Shown: in pieces, positions 1-10,053 of the stretch | Layout: every line of letters starts with the position of its first letter | How positions within the stretch are numbered: the stretch's first letter is position 1 | Source of the DNA: Candidatus Kaiserbacteria bacterium | GTDB lineage: Bacteria; Patescibacteriota; Minisyncoccia; Phycocordibacterales; UBA918 | Reading direction: 5' to 3' | DNA length: 64,000 bases | Assembly: GCA_031430855.1 (NCBI GenBank) | Contig: JANPCG010000013.1 | Coordinates: 26,347-90,346 of the forward strand | The notes under the pieces: model-generated | What the model saw: only the letters and a program-made list of their open reading frames with translations | Databases searched by the model: none | Told to the model about the DNA's origin: nothing | Position numbers and translations under genes: made by a program

Positions 1-15
1 TATACTAATTAGTAT

Positions 16-1251
16 ATGAAGCAAATTAGTAGTATAAACGGAAAAGTTGTAGGGGTAGTTTTAACAGTAATTGTTGGTGTTGTAATGCTGGTGCCCGTTG
101 GCGCCAGTGCCGCATCATGTAGTTTTACTCGAGATTTACAAATGGGGGTAATGGGGGACGATGTAAAGTGTCTTCAGCAGTACTTAAATGGAGCGGGCTT
201 TAAAATTGCTGAGACAGGACCAGGATCGGTCGGTAAAGAAACGGGTGAATACAAAACCCTGACTGAAGCTGCAGTGGTTGCCTGGCAGAAAGCCAATCAG
301 CTGTCGCCAGCAAGTGGCTACTTTGGACCAAAATCACGTCAAATGTATGCGAGTCTATCAACGGGTGTGTCAACCAAGCCGGTCGTTCCGACGACTCCCG
401 GTACCGTCTCGCTAGAAGCACAAGTAGAGTTACTTAAAAAACAACTAGAGGCAGCAGGTAAACCCGTAGTAGTAAAACCGGTACCAGCCAAACCTGTTGA
501 CAGGGGTGAAGAGCAGGGTGTTGAAGATCTGATGTTGCAGGCTCTTGATGATATGGAAGAGGTTCAGGATGGAATAGATGATAGTAATGACGCAGATATT
601 ATTGAAGAGGCAGAAGACTCACTCAAAGATGCACAGGCCGATTTCTTTGATGCTTTGCGGGCATACGTAGATGAGGATTATGGTGATGCTAAAGATTTCT
701 TTAATGATGCCCTAGATTCGCTCGAAGATGCGCTTGATGCCGTTGGAGCCGGCTCCGATAAAAGTGACGCGGAAGATTTGATTGACGAGGTCGATAACCA
801 AATTGATGAAGTTGAAGTTTTAATTGAGGAGGCTGATGCTGATGGGGAAGCTACGAGTGATGCTGAAGATTTGCTTGATGAGGCAAAAGATTTGCTTGAT
901 GAAGCAGAAACCGCTCTTGATGAAGGGGAGTATGAAGACGCACTTGATTTAGCTGAAGAGGCTGAGGATGTAGTAAAAGATGCCGAAGATGCAATTGGAG
1001 AAGATGGCAATAGTTCAGACGTAGGAGATCTCCTTGATGACGCACGAGATGACCTCGATGACGCCCGAGATGCCGTCGATACTGCTCTTGATGACGATGA
1101 AGATGTAGGAGAAGCGGAAGATCTCTTGGACGAAGCGGAAGATCTCCTCGATGACGCCGAAGATGCTCTTGATGATGACGACGAAGACGAGGCTGAAGAT
1201 TTAATTGATGAAGCGCTTGATTTAATTGATGAGGCACTAGATGAGTTCTAG
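16..1251 (+). CDS. Secreted/membrane-anchored protein with peptidoglycan-binding-like domain and long acidic D/E-rich repeat tail
   Basis: ORF. N-terminal hydrophobic segment, then a PG_binding_1-like segment (DDVKCLQQYL...TGEYKTLTEAAVVAWQ). The C-terminal ~250 aa are EDLLDEA-type acidic low-complexity repeats. Confidence 0.55.
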   Translation: MKQISSINGKVVGVVLTVIVGVVMLVPVGASAASCSFTRDLQMGVMGDDVKCLQQYLNGAGFKIAETGPGSVGKETGEYKTLTEAAVVAWQKANQLSPASGYFGPKSRQMYASLSTGVSTKPVVPTTPGTVSLEAQVELLKKQLEAAGKPVVVKPVPAKPVDRGEEQGVEDLMLQALDDMEEVQDGIDDSNDADIIEEAEDSLKDAQADFFDALRAYVDEDYGDAKDFFNDALDSLEDALDAVGAGSDKSDAEDLIDEVDNQIDEVEVLIEEADADGEATSDAEDLLDEAKDLLDEAETALDEGEYEDALDLAEEAEDVVKDAEDAIGEDGNSSDVGDLLDDARDDLDDARDAVDTALDDDEDVGEAEDLLDEAEDLLDDAEDALDDDDEDEAEDLIDEALDLIDEALDEF

Positions 1252-1267
1252 ATTTACCTAAATAGAC

Positions 1268-1303
1268 AAAAAACAACGAGATAATAATCTCGTTGTTTTT
1301 TTG
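1268..1303. terminator. Bidirectional rho-independent terminator between convergent genes
   Basis: Hairpin aacaacgag-ataataat-ctcgttgtt flanked by A-run and T-run. Confidence 0.6.
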
Positions 1304-1315
1304 TTTAGGGAGTTA

Positions 1316-2200
1316 TTATATGGTGCTCGTAGCGGTAGTTGTCGAAACGTCAGTTGAGGTGGCGCTGGTATCAGTAGGAGGGGTATCGTTTGCGGTCTTG
1401 GTCTCACGGTATTCTGTACCAAGGTAAGTCGCCGCTGTAATAATTCTATATGTTTCGCCGATTGCTAATATGGCTTTAGTAATATTTCCGCTCGCTACGG
1501 CTGGTTCTACGCGGTCAAGATAGTTTTCACTACTCCGCATCGTGCTGGTTGAAAAATCTGTGACGGCGAGTGCCTGTTCTACAGTTTGGAGTTGTTCCGT
1601 CAAATAGGTATAGGCTGTTTCTACTGATTCGGTCGCAACAAAACTCTCGGCCCGATCACGGTAGAGACGTACTGCCTCTTGACGAATGTCTTCCATGCTA
1701 TCTCCTGCGCGGAGCAGTTTGGGATCATTTTCGGTTAATTCTTCCATTGCTGAAGCGATACCGGCAAACTCATTGACGGTATTGAGGAGGTCTGTTTTAG
1801 GGAACGCGCTGTCAATTGATGAGCTTGCAATAGATGAGAGGCTGTTCCAGTGTGAGGTTGAATTTTTCATTAACACATCGAGAGCGGCATCAGACACAGT
1901 ATCTGCAAAGGTAAGCTGCTTTGCTTCTGCAAAGCGTTTCTGAAGTAAGGTAACTTGGTACGAGGCCTTACTAGCACTCCGCACATGGGTAGCTTCAATT
2001 CCTGTTTCGAGTACATTTGTTTTAAGTCCATATAAAGCTTCTCCTGGAAGGCTTTGTAGCGTCGCATAAACGCCAATCGAAAGACCAATAATGATAACTA
2101 TACTAATAACACCGATTGGGCGGGTGAGACGTAGTGGTCGGGAAGGGTTTGTGGGTAACGGTTCATGGATATTTTCGTCAGATTGTGGTGTTGTGGTCAT
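1316..2200 (-). CDS. Hypothetical single-pass membrane protein
   Basis: ORF with one N-terminal TM segment (IGVISIVIIIGLSIGVYATL) and a Thr-rich C-terminus. No recognised catalytic motif. Confidence 0.45.
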   Translation of the reverse strand: MTTTPQSDENIHEPLPTNPSRPLRLTRPIGVISIVIIIGLSIGVYATLQSLPGEALYGLKTNVLETGIEATHVRSASKASYQVTLLQKRFAEAKQLTFADTVSDAALDVLMKNSTSHWNSLSSIASSSIDSAFPKTDLLNTVNEFAGIASAMEELTENDPKLLRAGDSMEDIRQEAVRLYRDRAESFVATESVETAYTYLTEQLQTVEQALAVTDFSTSTMRSSENYLDRVEPAVASGNITKAILAIGETYRIITAATYLGTEYRETKTANDTPPTDTSATSTDVSTTTATSTI

Positions 2201-2540
2201 ACCTTTATGACGGCGTTAGTTTATTTGTATTACACTACTTTGTCTCGTCTGGTTTGTAATTAATCAGTCATTTTTTCGGCATAACAGAAGCCAGCGATGA
2301 ATCAAGTAGTGGAACACGTTACCGTATAAATTTCCATACAATACTTGAGCTCGTTGGTTTAGTCATCTAAACCCATTCTGTATGCAAGAGCAAAAAAAAG
2401 ACATGGGTATCAATAAAACCCCTGCGACACCCACACCACTTCCAAAAAAGGAAGATGGCACTCACAAGAACTAACGCTTTGAGTTCTCTTAAAAACACCC
2501 GTCAGGGTGTTTTTAAGGTATGGTTTGGGTATGATACTAT

Positions 2541-2933
2541 ATGAATACTATGGAACAAAAATTGGATACAGTAGCTGAGTTTTCTTTGATAAAGCGAGCC
2601 AAGAGTTTTAGTCATGCTGGTCGTGGGCTGTGGGTATTTGTGCGTACTACGCATAATGCCTGGATACATCTGCTTATTTTAATCGTGGCTATTACCCTCG
2701 GGTGGTATTTCGAGATTACTACGACTGAATGGTTATTTCTTATTTTTGCCGGTGGATTTGTTTTGTGTGCAGAAGCGTTTAATACGGCAATTGAAATTGA
2801 TATCGATTTAACGTCACCTGAGTATCATCCGTATGCTCGTGATACCAAAGATGTCGCTGCGGGAGCTGTTTTAATTGCCGCGCTGACTGCTCTACTGATT
2901 GGTGTCAGTATCTTTGTGCCGTATCTCGTCTAA
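2541..2933 (+). CDS. dgkA: Diacylglycerol kinase / undecaprenol kinase family protein (DgkA-like)
   Basis: 130 aa with 3 TM segments and the prokaryotic DAGK signature EAFNTAIE...D...ARDTKDVAAGAV. Confidence 0.7.
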   Translation: MNTMEQKLDTVAEFSLIKRAKSFSHAGRGLWVFVRTTHNAWIHLLILIVAITLGWYFEITTTEWLFLIFAGGFVLCAEAFNTAIEIDIDLTSPEYHPYARDTKDVAAGAVLIAALTALLIGVSIFVPYLV

Positions 2934-3995
2934 TTATTTACCTCTCCCAAACGCGGTTTTCAAAGCGGCAACGTGTTCGGCGTAGGTTTCAGTGCAGGTA
3001 AATGCGCCGTCATTAGTATGAAAGTAAAAGAGGCAGTTCGTGTCTCGGGGATTGAGGGCGGCAATGATAGCATCAATTGAAGGGTTGGCAATTGGTCCTG
3101 GAGGGAGACCAGCTTTTTTGTAGGTGTTGTAAGGGGATTCGATGGCTTTATCAGCGGGTATTGGTACGGGCCACCAGTTGGCAAGGTTGGGTGTTTTTTT
3201 GTTTGTGCTCTTGGCATATTGCATAGTAGCATCGAGTTGAAGACGCATATCAATAAAGAGTCGGTTCCAAATAATGCCAGAAATGTAGCGCATATCTTCA
3301 AAGTCATACGCCTCGCGTTCAATTAAAGACGCGATAATAAGCGCGTCGCGCAGCGGTACTACTGCTTCAATGTCACTACTGTAGCGAGACCGAACTTCTG
3401 CATTAAATCGGTCGGCAATCACGCGAGCCACGGTATCTCCGTCGGCATTTTTATCGACGACATACGTTCCTGGATACAGTTTTCCATCAGCGAGGACTGG
3501 TACCTCACTTTCAATTTGCTCTAAAAAAAGTGTTTGCTCAACCTTATTCCAACCTAATATTTTGGTGAAATTGGCAATAACTTCTTCTTTTCGTTGTCCC
3601 GATTCAATTACGAGTACGCGACTAATTGGAGAAGCGAGGTTTTGATACCAATCCATCAATGCTAGGCGGGCCACCAATCTAGTTCGCCAACTATTTTCTA
3701 GTGTTGGTGGGGTGTAATTAGAGGCAACATAGGTATTGAGATAGGTTTCTATGTCAGGGTTTTCGGTAACTGTTTTTGTCTCCGGATCAACCCCAATTGG
3801 AAATATACGTGAATTTATTTCAACGCCACTCATTTTTGTAATGGGCATCTCACCTATGGCTGTTGTTTTAGTGCCAATTAAAAATACTAACCCAATCGTG
3901 ACGAGTACAGAGAGAAGTACCGCCAACCAAATTAGTGGTCGCCAGTACCAGCCAAGTAGTTTGGTTTGTGGCTTTGCATTAAAACTAGGTCGCAT
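2934..3995 (-). CDS. mltG: Endolytic murein transglycosylase MltG (YceG-like)
   Basis: N-terminal TM anchor. YceG motifs (YNTYKKAGLPPGPIANPSIDAIIAALNP). Confidence 0.8.
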   Translation of the reverse strand: MRPSFNAKPQTKLLGWYWRPLIWLAVLLSVLVTIGLVFLIGTKTTAIGEMPITKMSGVEINSRIFPIGVDPETKTVTENPDIETYLNTYVASNYTPPTLENSWRTRLVARLALMDWYQNLASPISRVLVIESGQRKEEVIANFTKILGWNKVEQTLFLEQIESEVPVLADGKLYPGTYVVDKNADGDTVARVIADRFNAEVRSRYSSDIEAVVPLRDALIIASLIEREAYDFEDMRYISGIIWNRLFIDMRLQLDATMQYAKSTNKKTPNLANWWPVPIPADKAIESPYNTYKKAGLPPGPIANPSIDAIIAALNPRDTNCLFYFHTNDGAFTCTETYAEHVAALKTAFGRGK

Positions 3996-4072
3996 AATGG
4001 TTTAAATTATGGCATAGACATCGCAAGATTGTAAGTAATTTTATACGCTTTCTGAGTGGTATACTTGAAAAT

Positions 4073-4495
4073 ATGTTTAAAAAAATACTGATTGGGTTCT
4101 TTGCGTCGTTAGGAATAATTTTCTTCTGTATCCTGGTTGGTCTCGCGTATCTAATTATCGCTGATCCTTTCAATCTACGCCCGATGGTCTCATTGTTGCT
4201 TCAAACTCAAGCCGAACAGTCGGAAAGTAGTGGGGGTACTATCATAAAAGACGAGTTGCGAGGTGCCCCGGTGCCGACTGGAGAAAGTGATATTTCGGTG
4301 GAGTCGGCTACTGATATTTCTGTTACGAGCGAGCAGTCGAAGGCAATGGAATCAGTTGGTCTTTCTCCGAATTCAATTTCAGCAGATCAAGAGGCTTGTT
4401 TTGTGGGTATTCTCGGACAGGCTCGTGTTGATGAGGTTAAAGCCGGAGCTGTACCTTCAGCGAGTGAGTTCTTCAGTGCGCGTGAGTGCTTGTAA
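4073..4495 (+). CDS. Hypothetical small exported/membrane protein
   Basis: ORF with N-terminal TM segment. Low complexity, no recognised domain. Confidence 0.35.
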   Translation: MFKKILIGFFASLGIIFFCILVGLAYLIIADPFNLRPMVSLLLQTQAEQSESSGGTIIKDELRGAPVPTGESDISVESATDISVTSEQSKAMESVGLSPNSISADQEACFVGILGQARVDEVKAGAVPSASEFFSARECL

Positions 4496-4539
4496 GATGC
4501 AATCATTTTTCGGTATCGAAAATCAAATTTTATGCTAGT

Positions 4540-5307
4540 ATGAGCGCCATGCAACAAGAAATTGTCTATATATTTGGCAAACACGCGGTGGCCGAAGCCC
4601 TTCAGTATCGGCCCGGGGTGGTTCGTGAACTTTACATCGAACATGGTTTTAATGACGAGGGTATCTTTGCTCATCTATCACATGCTCCAGTACCTCCTAA
4701 AGTGCTCAATCCAAAACGTTTGCCTGGTGGTTTACGGGGTGACGCTGTTCATCAGGGGATTATTGCGGGTATCGCCATTTCTGAGCTGATGGTGCCCTAC
4801 GCTGATTTTATTTCAGGTCATGCCCCTACGCCTGATACCTGCGTACTCATTCTGGGAGAGGTTCAAGATCCCCATAATGTAGGGGCGGTAATCAGGAGTG
4901 CTGCTGCCTTTGGAGTAAGTGCGGTAATGATTCCCCCACATAATCAGTCGCCAGTCACGGGGACGGTCGTTAAAGTATCTGCGGGAATGGCATTTCGGAT
5001 TCCTTTGGTTGAAATTAGTAATGTAAACAGCACGATTCGTGATCTTCAAAATCGAGGTTTTTGGGTTTATGGATTAGCGGGCGAAGGGTCTGTTTCAGTT
5101 ACTACAGAAGAGTTTACGAAGCCAACGGCGTTTGTGGTAGGGAATGAAGGTATGGGGTTACGAGAAAAAACTCGAGAAGTATGCGATATATTAGTAAATA
5201 TCCCTATGCATGCCCGTTGTGAGTCATTAAATGCAGCGGCTTCGGCGGCAATTGTCATGTATGCCTGGAGTACGCAACATCCGCATGCTTTGTCCCCGAG
5301 CCGGTAA
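4540..5307 (+). CDS. SpoU/TrmH-family RNA 2'-O-methyltransferase (RlmB-like)
   Basis: Motifs VVGNEGMGLR and CESLNAAASAAIVMY (SPOUT fold). Start moved to MSAMQQ to avoid overlap with the upstream ORF. Confidence 0.8.
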   Translation: MSAMQQEIVYIFGKHAVAEALQYRPGVVRELYIEHGFNDEGIFAHLSHAPVPPKVLNPKRLPGGLRGDAVHQGIIAGIAISELMVPYADFISGHAPTPDTCVLILGEVQDPHNVGAVIRSAAAFGVSAVMIPPHNQSPVTGTVVKVSAGMAFRIPLVEISNVNSTIRDLQNRGFWVYGLAGEGSVSVTTEEFTKPTAFVVGNEGMGLREKTREVCDILVNIPMHARCESLNAAASAAIVMYAWSTQHPHALSPSR

Positions 5308-5395
5308 ATTTGTGGGGTACCGAGGAAGGGCCAAATGTGCTACCCTAATGAGCATACAACGGAGGTTATTTTGTCATTATATTTAACGTAATCGT

Positions 5396-6385
5396 ATGGG
5401 AGAAAATACAGAAACTAATAAAACACAGACTGACAGTACTACCAGTGGATCAACTCCTGAATTGGAAACGGAAGTGACGTCAACTGAAACCTCTTCAAAT
5501 CCAGGAGATGTTACTAGTTCCTCGTCTGATACAGAAATCAATACACAGGTTCCTGTACCAGATGTAACTGAATCTGCCGAACCAGTTGTTACGGAAGAAG
5601 TTGCATCTGAAGAAGTGGCGCCTATTACCACTGCCGAAGTTGCACCAGAGGCTAGTTCACCAGAGTTGTCAAACGTACGTCAGCGAGTAATTACCCAGTA
5701 TGCCATCGCAACTATTATTATTTTGGTTATGGGAGCAGGACTTTTGTATGCACTTGAAGAGCAGGGTCGAGTATCAACAGGAGTGTTTGATTCTGTTACC
5801 GAATTAGTTAAGCCTGCGCCTGCAGCGGCTATTGTTAATGGGGTAAAAATTCCATTAGCACAATACGAAAAGAATCGAGAGCAGCTTATCCAAACTGCTA
5901 CCCTGCAAGGACTTGATCCAACCAATGAAAGTATCGCTACTCAAATTAACGCGCAAGCTTTAGATGTGCTCGTGAACACTGAGTTGCTTCGTCAGGCTGC
6001 TCTGGCTGACGGAATTACGGTGACGAAAGAGGATATCGATACTCGATATGAAGAAATTGTAGCTACCTTAGGCGGCGAAGAGCAGCTTGCAACTAAAATG
6101 ACCGAGCTCAACATTACTCCGGAAAGCTTACGGGTTGATATTGAAGGTGAAATCTTAATTAAAAAACACCTCGATACAGCGGTTGACCTAAGTTCTGTCA
6201 CTATCGATCAAAAGGAAGTGCAAGCGGTGTATGATCAGGCTAATACACCAGGAGCTGATATTCCACCATTCGCTGAAGTAAAAGCTCAAATTGAAGCTCA
6301 GCTAAAAGCGACGAAAGAACAAGAGAAAATTGGTAAATACATTGAAACTTTAAAAACAGAGGCTGAGATTGAAACGAAGATTTAA
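5396..6385 (+). CDS. Membrane-anchored protein with S/T/E-rich N-terminus and SurA-N/PpiD-like chaperone domain
   Basis: ORF with low-complexity N-terminus, one TM segment and a periplasmic-chaperone-like C-terminal region. Confidence 0.35.
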   Translation: MGENTETNKTQTDSTTSGSTPELETEVTSTETSSNPGDVTSSSSDTEINTQVPVPDVTESAEPVVTEEVASEEVAPITTAEVAPEASSPELSNVRQRVITQYAIATIIILVMGAGLLYALEEQGRVSTGVFDSVTELVKPAPAAAIVNGVKIPLAQYEKNREQLIQTATLQGLDPTNESIATQINAQALDVLVNTELLRQAALADGITVTKEDIDTRYEEIVATLGGEEQLATKMTELNITPESLRVDIEGEILIKKHLDTAVDLSSVTIDQKEVQAVYDQANTPGADIPPFAEVKAQIEAQLKATKEQEKIGKYIETLKTEAEIETKI

Positions 6386-6420
6386 TCACGTAGAAATCAA
6401 CAGGGTGTAACAAAAAAACT

Positions 6421-7674
6421 TTGAAACACACATTAGCAGAGGTAATTCAAGATATAACCTATCATCCCGAAGATCGGACTGAGCGCCTGCGCGCACTCTC
6501 GCTTCCGGAGCAAAGCGCCACCGTAGTGGCGCTTTCGCCGTATGTGCAACAGCAACTCCTGCAAGAACTAAAAACAGGAGAGATAGTGAACATCCTTGAT
6601 CACCTGGACTTATTAGCGGCACAAATTGTCCTGCGTAGAATTAAAGACATCAGGCGTCGACAAAAAATTGTGCAACAATTAAAATCCGAAGTAAAAGAAA
6701 AAGTTGAACATTTTTTACGATTTCACCCCAAAGCCACTCTTTCATTGGTACACTTTAATTATGTGTTGCTACCAGCTAAGAGCACTATTGGAGACGCAGG
6801 TGATATTATTGATATACACTATAAGCAAACGGGTAAATTTCCTGAAGTTCTCGTCCAGTATGACGGGACGCTGGTGGGTGAGGTCTCGCTTGCGACTTTG
6901 GTACGCGAGCGTAATACGTTGTTGCTAGAGCATTTCATAAGTCCGGTAACGACCCTTTCGTTTCATGCAGAGATGTCAGAAATTATCGAGACGTTAACTG
7001 TTTCTAAACGAAAAAAGGTAATTGTGCTTGATGCTGATGAAAGTGTCCTGGGAATTATTTATGCTGATGATGCGATTGACCTCTTTGGAAAAATGCCGGC
7101 TGAATCACTCTATAGTTTCGCCGGAGTGGACAGTAGTGAACGACCATTTGATAGTTCCTATGATAAGTTCCGAAATCGATATAAATGGCTGGTACTCAAC
7201 TTAGCGACCGCTTTTTTTGCTGGGTCAGTCATTTTACTGTTTCAAGACACAGTTGAAGCATTGGCCATTCTTGCGGTGTATATTCCGATTGTAGCAGGGA
7301 TGGGTGGTAATGCGGCGAGTCAGACGTTTGCAGTTATGTTACGTGGTATTACCTTGGGAACTGTATCATTAAAAATTGCGGGTCCTGCCATCCTGCGAGA
7401 ATCGATAGCGGGACTTTACAACGGCTTGGCAATTGGAGCTATTGTATCCGTTATCTCCGTTCTCTTTAATGGAAGTGCATTGCTTGGTGTGGTCGTTGCG
7501 CTCGCCATGATAGCTGTACATGTGGTAGCTGGATTCTTTGGTGCACTGGTGCCACTTCTCGTCAAAGTGGCAGGAAAAGATCCCGCTGCTGTCTCAATGA
7601 TTTTTATTACCACTGCGACTGATGTATTCGGTCTCTTGGCCCTCCTCGGTTTTGGTGCCCTCCTTTTGATGTAG
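6421..7674 (+). CDS. mgtE: Magnesium transporter MgtE
   Basis: MgtE-N region, CBS-like region, and C-terminal TM domain with GMGGNAASQTFAVMLRGITLG. TTG start in the ORF track. Confidence 0.85.
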   Translation: MKHTLAEVIQDITYHPEDRTERLRALSLPEQSATVVALSPYVQQQLLQELKTGEIVNILDHLDLLAAQIVLRRIKDIRRRQKIVQQLKSEVKEKVEHFLRFHPKATLSLVHFNYVLLPAKSTIGDAGDIIDIHYKQTGKFPEVLVQYDGTLVGEVSLATLVRERNTLLLEHFISPVTTLSFHAEMSEIIETLTVSKRKKVIVLDADESVLGIIYADDAIDLFGKMPAESLYSFAGVDSSERPFDSSYDKFRNRYKWLVLNLATAFFAGSVILLFQDTVEALAILAVYIPIVAGMGGNAASQTFAVMLRGITLGTVSLKIAGPAILRESIAGLYNGLAIGAIVSVISVLFNGSALLGVVVALAMIAVHVVAGFFGALVPLLVKVAGKDPAAVSMIFITTATDVFGLLALLGFGALLLM

Positions 7675-7684
7675 TCAAAAAACG

Positions 7685-8038
7685 TTATTGCGTGTGTTTG
7701 CAGGTTCCGCGAACCGTTAGTTCTAGTCCAGTAATAGAAAATTCCTTCAATCCAAGCAAAGCCTTGATTTTTTCATCAGGCGCGTCAAAGTGAATTACTT
7801 TTTTGCAGTCACTGCAAACAGCGTGGTGATGGGGACGGGCTTGGTATTCGTATGTAGCTTCGTTGCCGTCTAGGTGTAATTTTTTAATAATGCCCTCGGC
7901 TACAAACAAATCAAGGTTACGATAAATAGTTACTTGGTCGATCGCCGGCAGCAGTTTGTGAATAGTACTTGCCGACAGTGTCCCGTGACTTTTTTCGAGC
8001 GTCGCAATAATTTCTTTACGGTGTTTAGTGAGTCGCAT
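7685..8038 (-). CDS. zur: Fur-family metalloregulator (probably Zur)
   Basis: 117 aa with HHHAVCxxC...C metal sites and a winged-helix N-terminus. Divergent from the ZIP transporter gene. Confidence 0.75.
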   Translation of the reverse strand: MRLTKHRKEIIATLEKSHGTLSASTIHKLLPAIDQVTIYRNLDLFVAEGIIKKLHLDGNEATYEYQARPHHHAVCSDCKKVIHFDAPDEKIKALLGLKEFSITGLELTVRGTCKHTQ

Positions 8039-8070
8039 AGTATGAATAGTGTATCGTTAAGTGTGTATAA

Positions 8071-8116
8071 ATGCAATTTATTTGCATATTTATAGTGAAT
8101 TTGGTAGTATGCAAAT
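8071..8116. promoter_or_regulatory. Candidate Fur/Zur operator in the divergent promoter
   Basis: Palindrome ATGCAA-tttat-TTGCAT (8071-8087) plus an extra half-site ATGCAAAT (8109-8116), lying between zur and the ZIP gene. Confidence 0.4.
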
Positions 8117-8162
8117 CAGTTGCGTTTGGCTGATTAATACGTTTTTAATTTATAGTGAGTAT

Positions 8163-9026
8163 ATGTTAATAGAGATTTTATTGGCGGCTGGCGCGATTAC
8201 TGTGGCGTCACTCGTGGGGGTATTGTTTACCGCCAAAGTGGCGCGGGAGTTTTTGTCCAGTCGGTTATCATTCTTGGTGTCTTTTTCAGCGGGAGTTTTT
8301 TTAGTCACTTCAGGAGCTTTAGCGCTTGAGGTGTTTGAAATTTACGAGGGTGCACTATGGCAAGGGATTGGATTAATTTTAGTGGGGTATGGTCTCGCGT
8401 GGTTTGTAGAAAAAATGCTACCTGAGTCACACCATCATCATGATCCTTATGATCATGATGGACATACGCATACAAAAGTCGGAGCACGCAAACTTTTGAT
8501 TGGTGACGCAATTCATAATATCGGAGACGGAATTATTTTGGTGCCAGCCTTTTTAGTTTCGCCGGCACTCGGATTGGCGGTCACTGCATCGATTTTTATT
8601 CACGAAACACTACAGGAAATTTCTGAATTTTTTGTCCTTAAACAAGCTGGCTATAGTACGAGACGAGCGCTGACGTTAAACTTCCTGACCGCCAGTACTA
8701 TTTTTATTGGAGTAGCGTTAAGCTACGCCGCTATTGCAACCGAAGAAATGGAGGGGCTTTTGCTTGCGGTTGCGGCTGGATTTTTTATTCATGTGGTGGT
8801 GCACGACTTATTGCCACGTCCCCACCATCACGAAACTACCAAACGATTTTTTCAGCATGTGATATTTGTAGCCGTAGGCTTAATGTTGATGGCAGGTATT
8901 GCAAGCGCCCTCAGCGAAAGTCATACTCATGGTGTCGAGTCTGGAGTAGAACATACTGACGGCACACTACACAGTGAGGGAGATAGTCATGTGGATCATG
9001 AAAGTGAGGCGCAGGTTGGAGGGTAG
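8163..9026 (+). CDS. zupT: ZIP-family zinc/metal transporter (ZupT-like)
   Basis: Multi-TM protein with His-rich loops (HHHHDPYDHDGHTHT) and the ZIP signature HNIGDGIIL. Start placed at MLIEILLAAG. Confidence 0.8.
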   Translation: MLIEILLAAGAITVASLVGVLFTAKVAREFLSSRLSFLVSFSAGVFLVTSGALALEVFEIYEGALWQGIGLILVGYGLAWFVEKMLPESHHHHDPYDHDGHTHTKVGARKLLIGDAIHNIGDGIILVPAFLVSPALGLAVTASIFIHETLQEISEFFVLKQAGYSTRRALTLNFLTASTIFIGVALSYAAIATEEMEGLLLAVAAGFFIHVVVHDLLPRPHHHETTKRFFQHVIFVAVGLMLMAGIASALSESHTHGVESGVEHTDGTLHSEGDSHVDHESEAQVGG

Positions 9027-9045
9027 AATAGGTCATCTACAGATT

Positions 9046-9077
9046 AAAAAAGGGACGGGCATGGCCCGTCCCTTTTT
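9046..9077. terminator. Rho-independent terminator
   Basis: aaaaaagggacgggc-atg-gcccgtcccttttt. Confidence 0.6.
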
Positions 9078-9114
9078 GCTATACTGTGTCCATATTCATT
9101 AAGTTACATTACGT

Positions 9115-9996
9115 ATGTTTTGGTTTATCGTTCTACTGATTGCTGTCGTATTACTGCCGTCGATGGTGTATGTGGTGAAGGGGAAGACGGCGGCGATTTT
9201 GGAAACGTTTGGTCGGCCACACACGAACGCCGTGTTTCCAGGATTGCATGTAAAAATGCCCTGGCCAATTACTACTATTGTTTCCCGGGTAAATCTGCAG
9301 CTCCAAGAGATACACGCGGATGTATCAGTAAAAACCAGCGACAATGCTTTTATGATGTTGCCGGTTAAAGTGCAATATAAAGCCAGTGATGATGCTGCTG
9401 GTGCAGTTAAGGCGCATTATGAACTTGAGGCGCCAGAGAAACAGATTACGTCGTACGTCCTTAATAATGTGCGCCAAACTGCGTCAGGCATGGAGATGAC
9501 CGAACTCTACGCGAATCGTGATGCGGTTGAATCCCAGGTACAAACCGCACTCTCGGAACAGTTTGCACGGTTTGGGTACAGTATTGAGAATGTCCTCGTC
9601 GATGAACCGCAGCCAAGTGTTGAGGTGCGCGACGCTTTTAATAAAGTGATTGCGAGTAAGCGTTTGATGGAGGCTGCGCGTAACGAGGCTGAAGCAGCTC
9701 GCATTAAATTGGTTGGTGCAGCTCAGGCTGAAGCTGAGAGTAAGAAGCTTCAGGGTGAAGGTATGGCTGAGATGCGGACGGCAATTGCACGTGGGCTCGA
9801 AGAAGCTATGGAGACAATGAAAAAGGCTGGGTTGCAAAATGAAGTCGCTATCCAATTTCTCACTGACACCAACAGACTTGATACGATTACAAGTGCCGCG
9901 AGTCATGGGAATACCATTATTATCGATGCGGGTCCTGGAGGAATTAAGGATTTGGCTGGCATGGCAGCGATGCTTGAATCAATTAAAAATAAGTAA
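9115..9996 (+). CDS. SPFH/band-7 (stomatin/prohibitin-like) membrane protein
   Basis: N-terminal TM segment, SPFH core, and an Ala/Glu-rich coiled-coil tail. Confidence 0.75.
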   Translation: MFWFIVLLIAVVLLPSMVYVVKGKTAAILETFGRPHTNAVFPGLHVKMPWPITTIVSRVNLQLQEIHADVSVKTSDNAFMMLPVKVQYKASDDAAGAVKAHYELEAPEKQITSYVLNNVRQTASGMEMTELYANRDAVESQVQTALSEQFARFGYSIENVLVDEPQPSVEVRDAFNKVIASKRLMEAARNEAEAARIKLVGAAQAEAESKKLQGEGMAEMRTAIARGLEEAMETMKKAGLQNEVAIQFLTDTNRLDTITSAASHGNTIIIDAGPGGIKDLAGMAAMLESIKNK

Positions 9997-10007
9997 TTAA
10001 ATAATGT

Positions 10008-10046
10008 GTCGAGCAAATCGAGACAGGCGTAGCCTGTCTCGATTTG
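10008..10046. terminator. Terminator hairpin
   Basis: gagcaaatcgagacaggc-gta-gcctgtctcgatttgct, a perfect 18-bp stem. Confidence 0.55.
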
Positions 10047-10053
10047 CTATACT

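Noticed and set aside
678-1276. Two minus-strand ORFs (110 and 141 aa, Ser-rich and His/Leu/Arg-rich)
   Set aside because: They are reverse-complement shadows of the acidic D/E-repeat coding region. They are low-complexity and nested inside a better-supported gene.
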